In this document: positions 18,419-28,388 of the stretch, piece by piece | How positions within the stretch are numbered: position 1 is the first letter of the stretch | Layout of the letters: the number at the start of each line of letters is the position of its first letter | Assembly: GCA_039030355.1 (NCBI GenBank) | Contig: JBCCEI010000002.1 | Span: forward strand, 1 to 41,455 | Reading direction: 5' to 3' | DNA length: 41,455 bases | Source: Pseudomonadota bacterium | Lineage (GTDB): Bacteria > Pseudomonadota > Gammaproteobacteria > UBA4575 | Notes under the pieces: generated by a model | Database searches by the model: none | What the model was told of the DNA's origin: nothing | Seen by the model: only the letters and a program-made list of their open reading frames with translations | Made by a program: the position numbers and the translations under genes

Positions 18419-18581
18419 TATAAAGTTTGGCTATCTTTAAATGACCGCTTTTAACCATTAGCAGTTATTAATTTGAAATTTATGTATTATTTGAGTTTGA
18501 TTCAAACTCGTTTGAAATCATAGCAGCGAGCTAGATTGCAAGAACATCTAGTGCATCAATTCGCATTTATCTAATACTGAT

Positions 18582-18806
18582 CTATGCGCCTTTGGCATCT
18601 CTATATTCTGGCTTGCATTCAAATGTAGCTGTCATTTCATCGTTAGTCCAGTTCTTCTGCCACTCTAAACCAAGCTCCATACAAACATCATGATCACGAA
18701 TACCAGATATACTCATTACTCCATATGTCAAAGGATTGAAGTCGCTATACGATTGAACAAATAGATGCCAACTAATGATTGTTGCTGCTACTGCTGCTAT
18801 ATTCAT
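18582..18806 (-). CDS. Hypothetical 74-aa protein with N-terminal hydrophobic segment
   Basis: AAGGA lies 9-13 nt upstream of the ATG. I recognise no family. Confidence 0.4.
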   Translation of the reverse strand: MNIAAVAATIISWHLFVQSYSDFNPLTYGVMSISGIRDHDVCMELGLEWQKNWTNDEMTATFECKPEYRDAKGA

Positions 18807-19035
18807 ACTCTATTTTCCTTTGCATATATTAATCAAATGTTATCTACATTATTAATTAAAATAAATACATCCCTGAGCCTCTATAGAGCAGAGATAAACT
18901 CACGTAAATACTATGTGTGAGCCCTTGATTTTGTAAATTAAATAATGTCTGCTTTGAGTAGTAAGCATTCATTCTATCAAGAAAATTTCTACTCTGAATC
19001 AGCTTATTAAAACTCAAATTTGCACATCCATAGGC

Positions 19036-19446
19036 TCACTCTGCCTGTTCTGTTTTATAAGGGAACTTAGAAGACCCGTATCTCAACGCAACGGATGCAA
19101 TTGTTAACAATAAAATGGCTGCGGCAAGCCAAACAATATCCAGCGCATTCAGCTCTTTCATGCCTAAAATTATGAAGCGTGTGATTGCCACTATAGAAAT
19201 ATAAATGGGGTAACGTACAGGCAATTTACCGCTGGTAAAGTAAAGCCCTACCATGGTTAAAATTTCTAAATATATAAATAACAACAAGATATCATGCAAC
19301 TCAACACGACCTTGTTCGTAGATCACATGCAATTCCTGCCCAATCGCGATTATTGTTGCAAGTGTGATGAGCACTAAACCAATTCGTTCTACTAACAAAA
19401 TAAAACGCATAATTGGATGTGAATTATTAAGGGTTGGTTTAGGCAT
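19036..19446 (-). CDS. psiE: Phosphate-starvation-inducible protein PsiE family membrane protein
   Basis: The 136-aa product has four TM segments, and LLFIYLEILTMVGLYF fits the PsiE-like pattern. Confidence 0.7.
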   Translation of the reverse strand: MPKPTLNNSHPIMRFILLVERIGLVLITLATIIAIGQELHVIYEQGRVELHDILLLFIYLEILTMVGLYFTSGKLPVRYPIYISIVAITRFIILGMKELNALDIVWLAAAILLLTIASVALRYGSSKFPYKTEQAE

Positions 19447-19472
19447 GCTTCACCTCAATTCTATATTATAGG

Positions 19473-20282
19473 CTAGAAAAATAACTCTTTGAGTTTCGCT
19501 CCAGGATCTTCTGCCACCATAAATGCCTCGCCAACTAAAAAGGAATTCACACCTTTTTCAATCATGACAGCAACATCTTCTTTTGTATGTATGCCACTTT
19601 CTGTAACGACATGGCAATCTTTTGGGATTTTTTCAAGAAGATCATAAGTTGTGTCAAGGGACACATCAAACGTATGAAGATTTCGATTGTTAATGCCAAT
19701 CATGGTAGGCTCGAGCATGAGCGCCCTGTCCATTTCTTCCAAATTGTGCACTTCTACCAGCACATCTAAACGTAACTCTTTCCCTAGTGAATAAAGCTCG
19801 GACATTTGCTCATCATCTAAACATGCTGCTATAAGTAATAAACAGTCCGCATCCACCGCACGCGTTTCATACACTTGGTAGCTGTCGATTATAAAGTCTT
19901 TGCGTAAGATAGGCAGAAAGCAGGTCTTACGTGCAAGCTCTAAAATAGTACAAGAACCTTTAAAAAACTCAGTATCAGTTAAAACTGAAACACAGCTTGC
20001 ACCATTCGATTGATAACTGGTTGCAATTTCCATGGGATTAAAATCTTCACGCAATATACCTTTGCTGGGCGATGCACGTTTTATTTCTGCAATGACACCT
20101 GGGCGTTTCGCCTCTTGTGCACCTCGCAAAGCTCTTTCAAATCCTCTTGTACTGGGTGCATCATTTGCCATTTCTTGCATCTTTTGCAATGGCATATGTT
20201 GCTTGCGCTCTACTAGTTCGTTTCGTTTATGCTCGATAATCTTATTGAGTATTTCTGGCCTTATTTTTGATGATTCAGTCAT
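19473..20282 (-). CDS. trpC: Indole-3-glycerol phosphate synthase
   Basis: Motifs [21 protein letters not shown] and INNRNL are present. Confidence 0.95.
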   Translation of the reverse strand: MTESSKIRPEILNKIIEHKRNELVERKQHMPLQKMQEMANDAPSTRGFERALRGAQEAKRPGVIAEIKRASPSKGILREDFNPMEIATSYQSNGASCVSVLTDTEFFKGSCTILELARKTCFLPILRKDFIIDSYQVYETRAVDADCLLLIAACLDDEQMSELYSLGKELRLDVLVEVHNLEEMDRALMLEPTMIGINNRNLHTFDVSLDTTYDLLEKIPKDCHVVTESGIHTKEDVAVMIEKGVNSFLVGEAFMVAEDPGAKLKELFF

Positions 20283-21306
20283 TATTAATTATAAAACTAT
20301 TCGTATATTCAATATAGTGTTGAAACTTATTTTTCGCACCGCCTGATTCGATCGCATCTGCTGCCATACTTACACCTTGTTCGAGATTCTCAGCTTTATC
20401 ACTTGCGTAAATCGCTGCACCCGCATTCAGTTTTACAATATCTAATGCTGCACCTGGCTGATTGTCAAAAACATCCATTACATACTGCAAACTTTGTTGC
20501 ACATCCTTTGCAAATACATCGCTCAAACGTCTGGGTTGCAAATCAAATTGCTGTGGAGAAACCGTATAGGTTGTAATTTCACCATCCTTTAATTCTGCAA
20601 TTTCAGATTCACTACCGATGCTGATTTCATCTAAACCATCATGTGCATGTACGACTAATACATGTTTACTGCCCAAAGACTTTAATACGTTTGCCAATGG
20701 CTTTACCCATTGATTACTGAACACTCCTAGAACCTGATGCGGCGCATTCGCTGGATTGGTAAGCGGACCTAGCAAATTAAACATCGTTCGCGTGCTCAAT
20801 TCTTTGCGTGGACCAATTGCATGTTTCATTGCACTGTGATGTGCAGGCGCAAATAAAAACCCAATGCCTATTTCTTCAATACAGTTTGCAACTTGATCTG
20901 GCGTGAGTTGTAAATTGACCCCTGCAGTTTCTAACAAATCGGCACTGCCGCTTTTACTAGAAACAGACCGGTTTCCATGTTTTGCCACACGTGCACCGGC
21001 AGCGGCTACTACAAAAGCTGCAGCAGTTGATACATTAAATGTTCCCTTTGAATCTCCACCTGTACCACAAGTATCAACTAAATTTTCAGTATTCACTTCT
21101 ACTTTGCTGGATAATTCTCGCATTACCGCCGCGGCTGCAGCGAGCTCTTCTACTACTTCACCTTTCATACGCAACGCAACTAATAATCCTGCTACCTGTG
21201 CAGGTGTTGCCTCACCAGACATGACTGTTCGCATGACACTCGTCATCTGTTCAGTATTAAGATGATTACCTTCAATTACAGTGTTAATTGCTTGTTGAAT
21301 ATCCAT
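20275..21306 (-). CDS. trpD: Anthranilate phosphoribosyltransferase
   Basis: Motifs [32 protein letters not shown] and GPLTNP are present. It overlaps trpC by 8 nt. Confidence 0.95.
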   Translation of the reverse strand: MDIQQAINTVIEGNHLNTEQMTSVMRTVMSGEATPAQVAGLLVALRMKGEVVEELAAAAAVMRELSSKVEVNTENLVDTCGTGGDSKGTFNVSTAAAFVVAAAGARVAKHGNRSVSSKSGSADLLETAGVNLQLTPDQVANCIEEIGIGFLFAPAHHSAMKHAIGPRKELSTRTMFNLLGPLTNPANAPHQVLGVFSNQWVKPLANVLKSLGSKHVLVVHAHDGLDEISIGSESEIAELKDGEITTYTVSPQQFDLQPRRLSDVFAKDVQQSLQYVMDVFDNQPGAALDIVKLNAGAAIYASDKAENLEQGVSMAADAIESGGAKNKFQHYIEYTNSFIINND

Positions 21307-21319
21307 TGCTTAAGTAATT

Positions 21320-21901
21320 TTAATTTTGCTTCACGAAATTTGTTAATAAATGATGCCCAAAGTCAGTAAGGATTGATTCTGGATGAAATTGCACACCCTC
21401 AATTGCAAGTTCTTTATGTCGCACGCCCATAATTTCATCAATTTCACCTGAATCATTTTCTGTCCAGGCAGTGACCTCTAAACAGTCAGGCAGGCTTTGT
21501 TTTTCGATTACTAACGAATGATAGCGCGTTGCAGTGAAGGGGTTATCGCATTTTTCAAATACATTGTCATTGTGATGATGCACTAAAGAGGTTTTACCAT
21601 GCATCACTTGTTTAGCCTTGATTATGTTGCCCCCAAAAGCTTGACCAATGCTTTGATGCCCCAAGCAAACTCCAAGAATGGGGGTTTGCCCACCTAGTTC
21701 AGTAATGGTTTCTAACGATATACCTGCTTCATTTGGTGTGCATGGACCAGGAGAAATAACAATGTGATCGGGTTGTAGTGCTTTTATTTCTTTAACAGCA
21801 ATTTTGTCATTACGAACAACTTTAACTTCCTCGCCAATTTCACCTAGATATTGCACTAAGTTATAGGTAAAGGAGTCGTAATTGTCGATCATTAGTATCA
21901 T
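21320..21901 (-). CDS. trpG: Anthranilate synthase component II (glutamine amidotransferase)
   Basis: Motifs [18 protein letters not shown] and GVQFHPES (Cys-His-Glu triad) are present. Confidence 0.93.
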   Translation of the reverse strand: MILMIDNYDSFTYNLVQYLGEIGEEVKVVRNDKIAVKEIKALQPDHIVISPGPCTPNEAGISLETITELGGQTPILGVCLGHQSIGQAFGGNIIKAKQVMHGKTSLVHHHNDNVFEKCDNPFTATRYHSLVIEKQSLPDCLEVTAWTENDSGEIDEIMGVRHKELAIEGVQFHPESILTDFGHHLLTNFVKQN

Positions 21902-22743
21902 ATATGAGTCTTTTTAAGCTTGCTTGCAGGTGCATCTAAATCAAATGCATCTCGCAAAGATTCTTGTAATCGAGCTAACGTATCTTCGGCTTCTTGTAAC
22001 TGTTTCATAATCTCATCACGACCGGGTGGTTTACGTAGCTCCTTGAGCTTTGCTTGTTTTGCTTCATCAAGATTATTAATCACAATTGCAATAAACAAAT
22101 TTATTATCACAAATGTCCCAAGCACAACAAAGCTTACAAAATACATCCAGGCATAAGGAGACAATTCCATGCCGGCATACATCACGTCAGTCCAATCTTC
22201 CAATGTGGCAATTCTGAATAAGGTTAATAATGAAATACCAACATTACGCCAGTGGGTTGGATCATGTTCATGAAATAAGTGGAAACCCATGATCGCATAG
22301 ATGTAAAAAATTACACTCATTAATAACATGACATTGGCCATGCCAGGGATCGAGCGTAACAATGTACTTACGATCAGGCGCAATTCTGGCAATGCAGAAA
22401 TCAAACGCAGTACTCTAAGCAATCTTGCTAAACGCGCAATCATTGCAAATTGGCCTGTAGCCGGTATCAGCGAAAATACAATAATGCTGAAATCAAATAG
22501 GTTCCAACCATTTTTAAAATATTTGCTAATTTGTGGAGCAACAGCAGTAATTTTAATGACTGCTTCTAGAATAAATATGCCTAAAATAAACTGATTAAAA
22601 AAATGAAATAGGCTTCCATATTTAGAATTCAATTCAGGTGATGTTTCTAGACCCAATATGGCAGCATTCACTATAATTAAGGCGATAATGATTCTGTCAA
22701 ACCATTTGTTGGCCACAACATTTACACAAAACGTTCTCATCAT
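21898..22743 (-). CDS. Voltage-gated ion channel of the bacterial NaV (NaChBac/NavAb) family, with an acidic TLEDWTD pore filter
   Basis: It has six TM segments. S4 carries Arg at every third position ([11 protein letters not shown]). The pore loop is [14 protein letters not shown] and there is a C-terminal coiled-coil-like tail. Its stop overlaps the trpG start (ATGA at 21898-21901). Confidence 0.85.
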   Translation of the reverse strand: MMRTFCVNVVANKWFDRIIIALIIVNAAILGLETSPELNSKYGSLFHFFNQFILGIFILEAVIKITAVAPQISKYFKNGWNLFDFSIIVFSLIPATGQFAMIARLARLLRVLRLISALPELRLIVSTLLRSIPGMANVMLLMSVIFYIYAIMGFHLFHEHDPTHWRNVGISLLTLFRIATLEDWTDVMYAGMELSPYAWMYFVSFVVLGTFVIINLFIAIVINNLDEAKQAKLKELRKPPGRDEIMKQLQEAEDTLARLQESLRDAFDLDAPASKLKKTHI

Positions 22744-22785
22744 CTATATCTATTCCCTAGAATTTTAATTTTGCATCATTAAGCG

Positions 22786-24249
22786 CTAGGTTATTGATGC
22801 AGCAACTTGCGCCGCTTTCATCATTGCACCAGCTTTGTTATTTGTTTCAATCCATTCATTCTCAGGTACTGAGTCATAAACAATCCCTGCTCCTGCTTGA
22901 ATATAAAGTTTTTGATCTTTTACTACAGCAGTACGAATCGCAATTGCAGTATCCATATTTCCATCCCATGATATATAACCTACGGCGCCTGAATAAATAC
23001 CACGTTTACTAGGTTCAAACTCATCAATAATTTCCATAGCGCGAATTTTGGGTGCGCCACTGACTGTTCCGGCTGGAAATGTTGCTTTTAAGACATCAAT
23101 CGCATCAAGTTGGCTTGCCAGGCGACCTGTGACATTAGAAACGATATGCATCACATGTGAATATCGCTCGATAATCATCTTATCGGTAAGTTTGACTGAT
23201 CCTGTTTCTGCCACTCGCCCTACATCGTTGCGCCCCAAGTCGATCAACATCAAGTGTTCTGCCAACTCTTTTGGGTCGGCCAAAAGATCTTGTTCCATTT
23301 GTAAATCGTTTTGTGCATCTGTTCCTCGCGGACGTGTTCCTGCGATCGGTCGTACTGTGACTTCTTCGTCTTCCAGACGCACTAATATTTCAGGAGATGA
23401 GCCAACGATGTAAAAATCATCCAGGTTCATGTAATACATGTATGGAGAAGGGTTTAAACTACGCAAACTACGATAAAGGTTTATGGGTGGTGCAGTAAAT
23501 TCTGTACTTTGTCGTTGAGATAAAACAACTTGCATCACATCACCCGCACGTATGTACTCACGTGTTTCATTTACAGCTTTTTTGAACTTACTTTCAGTAA
23601 ACTCTGTAATAAAATTTACAGGTTTGGATTCTTCAAATTTAGAGATTGTTGGAATGGGTTGCTGCAAGTTTTCTGCAAGCTCCTTTAACCTATGTTTACC
23701 TTGTTCAAGTGCCAGTGTATTGCTTGGGTCGACATGAACAATTAAAAATATTTTGCCACTTAAACTATCAAACACAACTAGTTCTTTTGAAACCATCAGA
23801 AAGATGTCAGGAGTTTTCAAAACATCTGGTTTTGCCTCACCTTTTAATCGAGGTTCAATGTACTGAATGGTTTCGTAGCCAAAATAACCTACCATACCAC
23901 CTGTAAAACGCGGTAATTCGGGAATTTCTGGCACGTTATATTGTTGTATAAAAGTTTGAATCCAAGTTAATGGATTCTCTACTTCTTCTTGTTTGTTTGA
24001 ACCATCACCTAACTCATGCAGCACTGTATTACCAAATACTTTTACGCGTTCTGCGCATGACAAACCAATAAATGAATATCGTCCCCAGCGTTCCCCACCT
24101 TGAACCGATTCAAATAAGTAGGTATATGGTTGATGTGCAAGTTTTAAATACGCACTTAATGGCGTATCAAGATCTGCCAACACTTCGTGTACCAAAGGGA
24201 TACACGTGTAGCCTTGGCTTTTTAGTAAATCAAATTGTTCGGAATCCAT
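22786..24249 (-). CDS. trpE: Anthranilate synthase component I
   Basis: Motifs LFESV, GTRPRG, LIDLGRNDVGRV, GAPKIRAMEII and GIYSGAVGY are present. GGAG precedes the ATG. Confidence 0.95.
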   Translation of the reverse strand: MDSEQFDLLKSQGYTCIPLVHEVLADLDTPLSAYLKLAHQPYTYLFESVQGGERWGRYSFIGLSCAERVKVFGNTVLHELGDGSNKQEEVENPLTWIQTFIQQYNVPEIPELPRFTGGMVGYFGYETIQYIEPRLKGEAKPDVLKTPDIFLMVSKELVVFDSLSGKIFLIVHVDPSNTLALEQGKHRLKELAENLQQPIPTISKFEESKPVNFITEFTESKFKKAVNETREYIRAGDVMQVVLSQRQSTEFTAPPINLYRSLRSLNPSPYMYYMNLDDFYIVGSSPEILVRLEDEEVTVRPIAGTRPRGTDAQNDLQMEQDLLADPKELAEHLMLIDLGRNDVGRVAETGSVKLTDKMIIERYSHVMHIVSNVTGRLASQLDAIDVLKATFPAGTVSGAPKIRAMEIIDEFEPSKRGIYSGAVGYISWDGNMDTAIAIRTAVVKDQKLYIQAGAGIVYDSVPENEWIETNNKAGAMMKAAQVAASIT

Positions 24250-24325
24250 ATCATCTCCAGAATTTTATATTCTCTCAGATTAGAACCATCCAAGTTCTAT
24301 CTGAAGAAAAATAGCATGTAATAAA

Positions 24326-24392
24326 CGTCGGTGTTGAATTAGCAACGCCAACGAAGATACTCAGCTATTCCATCCTGAAAAGTCATGCTCAT
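24326..24392 (-). promoter_or_regulatory. Candidate trpE leader peptide (17 aa, one Trp codon) with overlapping hairpin
   Basis: The minus-strand ORF MSMTFQDGIAEYLRWRC* spans 24392-24339. The hairpin CGUUGGCGUUG-CUAAUU-CAACACCGACG (24353-24326; 10 of 11 positions pair, including one G-U) contains the UGG codon and is followed by UUUAUUA. There is no clear SD. Confidence 0.25.
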
Positions 24393-24405
24393 CGAAGACA
24401 ATTCC

Positions 24406-25095
24406 TTAGTTTGTATTAATTAAATATTGCGGCACTTCCGCGACGGAGTCGATTATATAGTCTGCGCCCAAAGCATCAACTCCTTTGCCCTGATGATATC
24501 CATATCGGACGCAAAATGACTGCATATTTGCTGCATTGGCTGCTTTCATGTCACTTGCAGAGTCCCCCACCATCACGGCTTGAAATGGACTAAGATCCGC
24601 TTGTTTGAGCACAGTTTGTAAAACTTGAGGGTCTGGCTTTTTGACTGCTAAATCATCCCCACAAATCAGATATTCAAAAAATCCATCAATCTCAAAAGCT
24701 CGTAAAAGTGGTGGAGTAAATCGCCTAGGTTTATTCGTTACACATGCAAGCATATAGCCACGCTCATGCAACTCGGTTAATCCTTCTAACGCACCAGCAT
24801 ACATTGTGCTTTGAACATTGATATGCTCAGCATATAAATCAAAAAATAATTGTTGTGCTTGTTTGAATAATGTTGCAGGTGGCTCCCCGCTAACCTCTCC
24901 CGTTAAGGCACGTTTGATTAATCGCATTGCGCCATTACCCATCCAATCTCGAACTTGTGCAATATCTTGCGTAGGTAGATCTAATTGCAACAACATTTTG
25001 TTTAAACTAATCGCAATGTCGGGCGCACTGTCGACTAATGTGCCATCCAAATCAAACATCACGCAACGTGTTTGCGCTAGAATTTTATTCGACAC
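24406..25095 (-). CDS. gph: Phosphoglycolate phosphatase (HAD superfamily)
   Basis: Motifs VMFDLDGTLVDS, VTNKP and VGDSASDMKAA are present, and the conserved rpe-gph-trpE context is intact. Confidence 0.88.
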   Translation of the reverse strand: MSNKILAQTRCVMFDLDGTLVDSAPDIAISLNKMLLQLDLPTQDIAQVRDWMGNGAMRLIKRALTGEVSGEPPATLFKQAQQLFFDLYAEHINVQSTMYAGALEGLTELHERGYMLACVTNKPRRFTPPLLRAFEIDGFFEYLICGDDLAVKKPDPQVLQTVLKQADLSPFQAVMVGDSASDMKAANAANMQSFCVRYGYHQGKGVDALGADYIIDSVAEVPQYLINTN

Positions 25096-25102
25096 GGAAA
25101 TT

Positions 25103-25798
25103 TTAGGAAGTAACTTTTGAAGTGTTAGCTAGTTCATTGCGCATTTTAGCGATCGTGCCTACGTAATCTTTAGTATTGAATATAGCCGAACCGGCCACAA
25201 ACGTATCCGCACCGGCAGCTTTAATTTCAGCAATGTTATCTATTTTCACACCACCATCGATTTCTAGTCGAATGGGCATACCTGAAGCATCAATCAGTTT
25301 TCTTGCTTGTTTAAGTTTTTTTAACACAGCAGGGATAAATTGTTGGCCACCAAACCCAGGGTTCACGGACATCAACAAAACCATATCAATTTTATCGAGC
25401 ACGTATTCAAGCTGATCCAATGGTGTTGCAGGATTAAACACCAGACCAGATTTGCAGCCTTGGTCACGTATCAGTTGTAAGCTGCGATCGATATGCTCAG
25501 AACCTTCAGGATGGAATGTGATGTAACTTGCACCGGCCGCAGCAAAGTCAGAAATTAATCGATCAACTGGCTTAACCATTAGATGCACATCAATAGGCGC
25601 TTGAATTCCGTAATCACATAGCGCCTTACAAATAACAGGACCAAACGTTAAGTTAGGAACATAGTGATTATCCATTACATCAAAATGGACAATATCCGCG
25701 CCAGCATCCAATACTGCGTTTACCTCTTCTCCCAAACGTGCAAAATCCGCTGAGAGAATTGAGGGCGCGATCCAATCATTGTTCTGATTTGTTGACAT
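25103..25798 (-). CDS. rpe: Ribulose-phosphate 3-epimerase
   Basis: Motifs [38 protein letters not shown] and DGG are present. Confidence 0.95.
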   Translation of the reverse strand: MSTNQNNDWIAPSILSADFARLGEEVNAVLDAGADIVHFDVMDNHYVPNLTFGPVICKALCDYGIQAPIDVHLMVKPVDRLISDFAAAGASYITFHPEGSEHIDRSLQLIRDQGCKSGLVFNPATPLDQLEYVLDKIDMVLLMSVNPGFGGQQFIPAVLKKLKQARKLIDASGMPIRLEIDGGVKIDNIAEIKAAGADTFVAGSAIFNTKDYVGTIAKMRNELANTSKVTS

Positions 25799-25933
25799 AA
25801 TTTAACTGTTACTAAGCTAAATGAGGCTCGCACTTTAGCTCATCAGCATGTAATTTGCAGCAAAGTTCCAGTAAACTTTATCTGTATATAAGGACGCACC
25901 ATCAATAATTCTGGATTAAAAGAGAAATAAATA

Positions 25934-26416
25934 ATGGATCTACAGCCGTACTACTATCCAGCTGCAGTTGCAGCCCACTTACTATCCGCGGTTATCTGGG
26001 TTGGCGGAATGTTTTTTGCATATATTTCATTACGCCCCGCAGCAGCAAAAGCGCTGGAGATGCCACAGCGGTTGAAGTTGTGGAAAAGAACACTTTCCAG
26101 TTTTTTCTTTTGGGTCTGGCTATGTGTACTCACTTTACCGTTAACCGGATATTGGATGATTGTGACACATTACGGCGGCATGGCTCGCGTCGGATGGCAC
26201 ATTCATCTCATGCAAGTACTTGGTGTAATTATGATTCTAATTTTCTTGCGTGTATTTTTCGCACCATTTCGTCGTATGTGCAAAGCTGTAAAACAAGAAA
26301 ACTTTCAACTCGCCAGTGAGCACCTTGCACAGGTACGTAAATTTATTGGTATAAATTTATTGCTAGGTGTGATTGTTATAATCGTAGCAGGTGGGCTACG
26401 TTACATCGCAACGTAG
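25934..26416 (+). CDS. CopD-like four-TM membrane protein (uncharacterised)
   Basis: The 160-aa product has four hydrophobic helices and an AHLLSAVIWVGGMFF start. The family call is tentative. Confidence 0.45.
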   Translation: MDLQPYYYPAAVAAHLLSAVIWVGGMFFAYISLRPAAAKALEMPQRLKLWKRTLSSFFFWVWLCVLTLPLTGYWMIVTHYGGMARVGWHIHLMQVLGVIMILIFLRVFFAPFRRMCKAVKQENFQLASEHLAQVRKFIGINLLLGVIVIIVAGGLRYIAT

Positions 26417-26450
26417 CTTTTTCACCTAAAGTTCCTAAATAAACGCTGAT

Positions 26451-26759
26451 TCATTTGCAGCCAAGAGACGCGTAATACGCGGCTAAGTTTGCAATATCTT
26501 CGTCGCTGAGGTTCGCAGCCATGGGAGACATTTGCGCGTTTTCTCTTGTGCCATCACGATATGCTTTTAACTGTGCCACGAGATATTCCTCTTTTTGTCC
26601 AGCAAGGTTTGGCCAAATACCTGTTGGACTAATGCCTTCGCCGCCATGACATGCTGCACAAGTTACAGACTTTTGTTTTCCTGCAGCTGCATCACCTGCA
26701 TGCACATTGATGGGTGAAATTAATAAAAATATACTGATCAAAGTAAAGAACTGCTTCAT
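26451..26759 (-). CDS. Class I c-type cytochrome (monohaem, c551/c552-like)
   Basis: It has a signal peptide, the CAACHG haem-binding motif and a distal Met in ENAQMSPMA. Confidence 0.85.
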   Translation of the reverse strand: MKQFFTLISIFLLISPINVHAGDAAAGKQKSVTCAACHGGEGISPTGIWPNLAGQKEEYLVAQLKAYRDGTRENAQMSPMAANLSDEDIANLAAYYASLGCK

Positions 26760-26861
26760 TTATTATTCTCCGCTAAAATGAAATTAAATCATGTCTAAAT
26801 TAGATCACTCATATAGAATTATAGTTCATGAGTAGTCTATATTTTGCATAGATTGACTTAA

Positions 26862-28388
26862 TTATCCATTGTCCAATTGTGGAATGTGGTCGTTATCCGA
26901 GGTATTAGCACGCAAATTTCGTGTTACATACATCAACACCATCAACACGGATAATAGAAGCATTGTACCCATTAATAGAGCGTAATCTTCCAATTGCAGA
27001 AGTGAATACAACACGGCGTACAGTGCAGCTAACAATACAAATATAACCATCGCTTTGGACCATTTTTTAAGTGCTGCGGCTGTGTAAAGCGTAATGAGTC
27101 CAATATTTACCGATGCCGCAATTATATATGCATTTAAAAATGCAGTATGTTCCGCTATTGAGAGTAAAACAAAATAGAATATCGAGAGTGTCACGCCAAT
27201 TAAGCCATACTGTACATAGTGTAGGCGTACTTGTGTCGTCAGTTCAAAAATTAAAAATGTAAGAAATGTTAAACACACAAACAAAATTCCATATTTAACT
27301 GCTCTTGTCATTTTTGAATATAAAAATACCGGCTCAAACAAATCAACTCCTGCAATAAATTCACTCAAGTTATACTCTTGAGCTGAGATCCCACTTGCAG
27401 ATGTCACCCATGTTTGTGGAAAGTTACGCGCTAAATGAGAAATTGACCAGGATGAGGTGAAACCGTTATCACTAATTTCATATTCAGATGGTAATGTCAT
27501 ACCCTGAAAACTTGGATGAGGCCATGACGATTGCATATTCACTTTAGTAACCTTACCAAGTGGTGCAAACCGGAAACCCTGGCTTCCATTAACTGAAATT
27601 ATTGTATGAAACTGATGCTGCTCAGCCGCACCATCTAAACGTGCTAATTTTGCATGAAAACCATGGCTTAATAGTTTTGTTAATTTTGTTCCAGGAGAAT
27701 AATCAACATCTTCGCCATTCCAATCCAGCTCCGAGACCGAATTAATAGCTCGCGTATCCGATAAACCTAAAACGAGATAAGCCTTGTCCCACTCAACACG
27801 ATGAATATGGTCAGATAAACTCAGCACATCTAATCGACCAAAGCTTCCGTTTAAAGATAGATTCGCCTGATAAACCAAAGATTTGTAGATGCCACGTTTG
27901 CGATGTTGTTCATCAAGCTCAACATCAATATTTAAATCGTTTGGAAGATGTACTGAATATAACGTTACATATTTTGTTTTAGTTTTAATTTTTTCTTTTC
28001 CATTTTCATCTTTTATTGTTACGTTTGTGACATGTTTTTCTATAAATGGCACCACAAGAATTGGCGCTTGAATGATTTGTTGGCCACCCCAGGTTCTTCC
28101 TATGTCGGATAGCACATTTCGATATAAACCATCTCTCTCTTTAACAACACCTTGCATCATGCCTAGTGGAATTAGCATGACAAGTGCGATGAACCCAACG
28201 ATGATGCCACGGATTGTTAAATTCTGGTTAATACGTTGAAACACATCAGTGATTGCATTCTCTTTTGCCATAGCGGAATTTCCTAATCTAATAAATTTGC
28301 GAAATACCCAAACGAGTAAAAATACGAACCCTGCCAAACAAACAAGCATGAACAATAAAAACAGGAATCCATAAATCATTTGAGCCAC
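26862..28388 (-). CDS. creD: Inner-membrane protein CreD family
   Basis: It is collinear with CreD, showing WPHPSF, RAVKYGILFVCLTFLTFLIFE and LSIAEHTAF. The longest ORF adds about 39 N-terminal residues containing an extra hydrophobic helix. ATG at 28271 is an alternative start. Confidence 0.8.
   Translation of the reverse strand: MAQMIYGFLFLLFMLVCLAGFVFLLVWVFRKFIRLGNSAMAKENAITDVFQRINQNLTIRGIIVGFIALVMLIPLGMMQGVVKERDGLYRNVLSDIGRTWGGQQIIQAPILVVPFIEKHVTNVTIKDENGKEKIKTKTKYVTLYSVHLPNDLNIDVELDEQHRKRGIYKSLVYQANLSLNGSFGRLDVLSLSDHIHRVEWDKAYLVLGLSDTRAINSVSELDWNGEDVDYSPGTKLTKLLSHGFHAKLARLDGAAEQHQFHTIISVNGSQGFRFAPLGKVTKVNMQSSWPHPSFQGMTLPSEYEISDNGFTSSWSISHLARNFPQTWVTSASGISAQEYNLSEFIAGVDLFEPVFLYSKMTRAVKYGILFVCLTFLTFLIFELTTQVRLHYVQYGLIGVTLSIFYFVLLSIAEHTAFLNAYIIAASVNIGLITLYTAAALKKWSKAMVIFVLLAALYAVLYSLLQLEDYALLMGTMLLLSVLMVLMYVTRNLRANTSDNDHIPQLDNG

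Noticed and set aside
20903-21265. 120-aa and 61-aa plus-strand ORFs inside trpD, and similar antisense ORFs inside trpE, ilvA, the usher gene, purK and the SpmA/B-like gene
   Set aside because: All are shadow ORFs antisense to, or out of frame with, genes that carry clear family motifs. They have biased, low-complexity composition and no translation signals.
21898-22743. The channel gene as a recent mobile insertion into the trp operon
   Set aside because: There are no flanking direct or inverted repeats, no mobility gene and no obvious compositional break. The ATGA overlap with trpG looks like a settled, translationally coupled arrangement.
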